Below, piece by piece: positions 62,378 through 64,000 of a stretch of 64,000 nucleotides of DNA; position 1 is the first letter of the stretch; each line of letters starts with the position of its first letter. Origin of the DNA: Selaginella moellendorffii. Its lineage: Eukaryota; Plantae; Lycopodiophyta. Below the pieces are notes generated by a model, which saw only the letters and a list, made by a program, of their open reading frames with translations, was not told the DNA's origin and made no database searches. The position numbers and the translations under genes are program-made. Location of the stretch: the NCBI RefSeq assembly GCF_000143415.4, contig NW_003314317.1, positions 1,164,164 through 1,228,163 on the forward strand, in the 5' to 3' direction.

Positions 62378-64000
62378 TGTGAGTGCATGGAATATGGAAA
62401 GGGAATATAGAAATGTGCATATCAATTAGCCCAAAAACCCTAGCTTATATACAGGAGCAAGTGGTCCGGATTGAAACCAATCCAACGGCTACCAAAATCC
62501 ACTACGCTAATATTAGTATACGGCATCGTAGCCGTACACTTGGCCCTCACATCATCCCCTCCTCTCGGAATAATGGAAGGCCGTCAGGGTTCTCTTGTAG
62601 ATGGGCCGGGATCTGGAGGAATGTCAGGAGGAGGCATCGGTGGATCTGTAGACGGTATTAACTGCTCCTGATCCCTTTGTATGAAGTGTTTTAACCGCTG
62701 CACATGCACAATCTCTAGAGGATCGGCCTGCTGAACGTTATGCCGAACCACATAAACTTGTGGTCCAACTTGCCGCAACACCCGATACGGTCCTTTCCAC
62801 TGTGCAAGGAGCCCCTTAGATAAACCACGTACTGTAAGATGGGGAAAACGGACTAACACCAAATCATCCACTTTGTACTCCGCAGGTGGACGATGATGGG
62901 AATTGTAGTGCCGTTGTTGTCCCACTTGTACGCGGCCTAAGTGTTCAGCAGACTCTGCTCGGACAAGTGGAAGAATGCTTGTCAAATATTGATCCCATGA
63001 AATAGCATCAGGAGCTCGTGGCAATCGCAAAGGTAAACCCAGCTCTGTTGGTAATATTGGATCATGACCATATAGAAGTTTATATGGTGAAGCACCAACA
63101 GAACTCTGCACCCCTGTGACATAAGCATACCGAAGAGACGGCAAATAACCATCCCAATCCGAATGTTGAAAGTTCACATACTTCGCAATCATCCCTTTGA
63201 ATGTCCGAACGAGCCGTTCCACCAGACCGTCTGATTGTAGATGATAAGCACTCGTAAAAGTGTGGCATATCCCCAACCGAGATGTCAAAACATGAAATAC
63301 CTCAGCCATAAATGCAGGACCATTATCCGAAAGAATCCGCTCTGGACAAGAATGCTGGAACACCACTCGATTGAGGAGGAAGTATCCAACAGCAGTTGCA
63401 GAGGCACTAGCAAGAGCACCAACTTCCACCCAACGAGTCAAGTAGTCAGAAGCAATAATAACATACTCATTGCCAGCAGTCGATCGCGGAAAATGTCCCA
63501 TAAGATCAAACGCCACCAACTCAAACGGACGAGAAACTGCAATTAACTCCAACCGTCCTTCCGCAGCACAAGGGGGAGTATTACGAGCTTGGCACCAAAC
63601 ACAGCTACGCACATACCGGATAATATCACGTCGCATCTCTGGCTAATAGAAAGATCTGCGCAGCTTCTCGGTGACACGACGGTGTCCCATATGCCCACCT
63701 AGAATAGGAGAATCATGGTAGGCATGGAGAAACCGCGGAATAAACACCAAAGGCACCACCAGCCATAAATGATCATCAGGATCCGTCCCCACAAAATAAA
63801 GAAGGCCATCTTCAAGGCGATATTGAAAATGTAAATGCCGAAAAGGCAAATCATCAGTAAGTGATGCAGGATTCTCAAACCCATCTTGAAGCTTTTGAAT
63901 CCACGACTCAATCTTTTGAGCCTCATGAACCTCATCCAGAGAAGGTAGATCTTGCTCTACGCCCTGTGGACACTGAACGTCAAGGACAGCAACCGTCGAC
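62378..64000 (-). mobile_element. Second copy of the short-LTR gypsy family (3' LTR + integrase; runs off the window end)
   Basis: LTR 62378-62551 is the reverse complement of 53577-53750; integrase ORF 62584-63636; TGG>TAG stop at 63643. Confidence 0.93.

Overview
Eukaryotic plant nuclear DNA: gene-dense, with 50-80 nt introns and intronless SS-motif-rich PLS-PPR genes. This pattern best fits the lycophyte Selaginella (inference). Left arm (1-9.4 kb): three MIR156-family hairpins on the minus strand (~4.25, ~6.95 and ~8.9 kb), inside an apparently spliced region with no long ORF, next to an intronless bacterial-type secreted beta-helix gene. Next come two convergent PPR genes (E-type and DYW-type) whose 10-bp overlapping stop junction is tandemly duplicated. 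After an AT-rich decayed-repeat block lie a secreted B-lectin-domain gene and a nuclear group II intron maturase + Dabb gene pair, which has been duplicated and partly inverted. A further PPR and a run of housekeeping genes follow (LPP, EML-like, ARD, PSD1, MAP1). A short-LTR Ty3/gypsy element (41082-53750; tRNA-Ala PBS, 4-bp TSD, GGGAAAC slippery site plus predicted pseudoknot) carries a recently inserted non-autonomous LTR element in its gag. The window ends with BolA2, an F-box/zf-CW/SNF2 gene and a second, inverted copy of the gypsy family. Exon boundaries were read by eye; no database searches were run.
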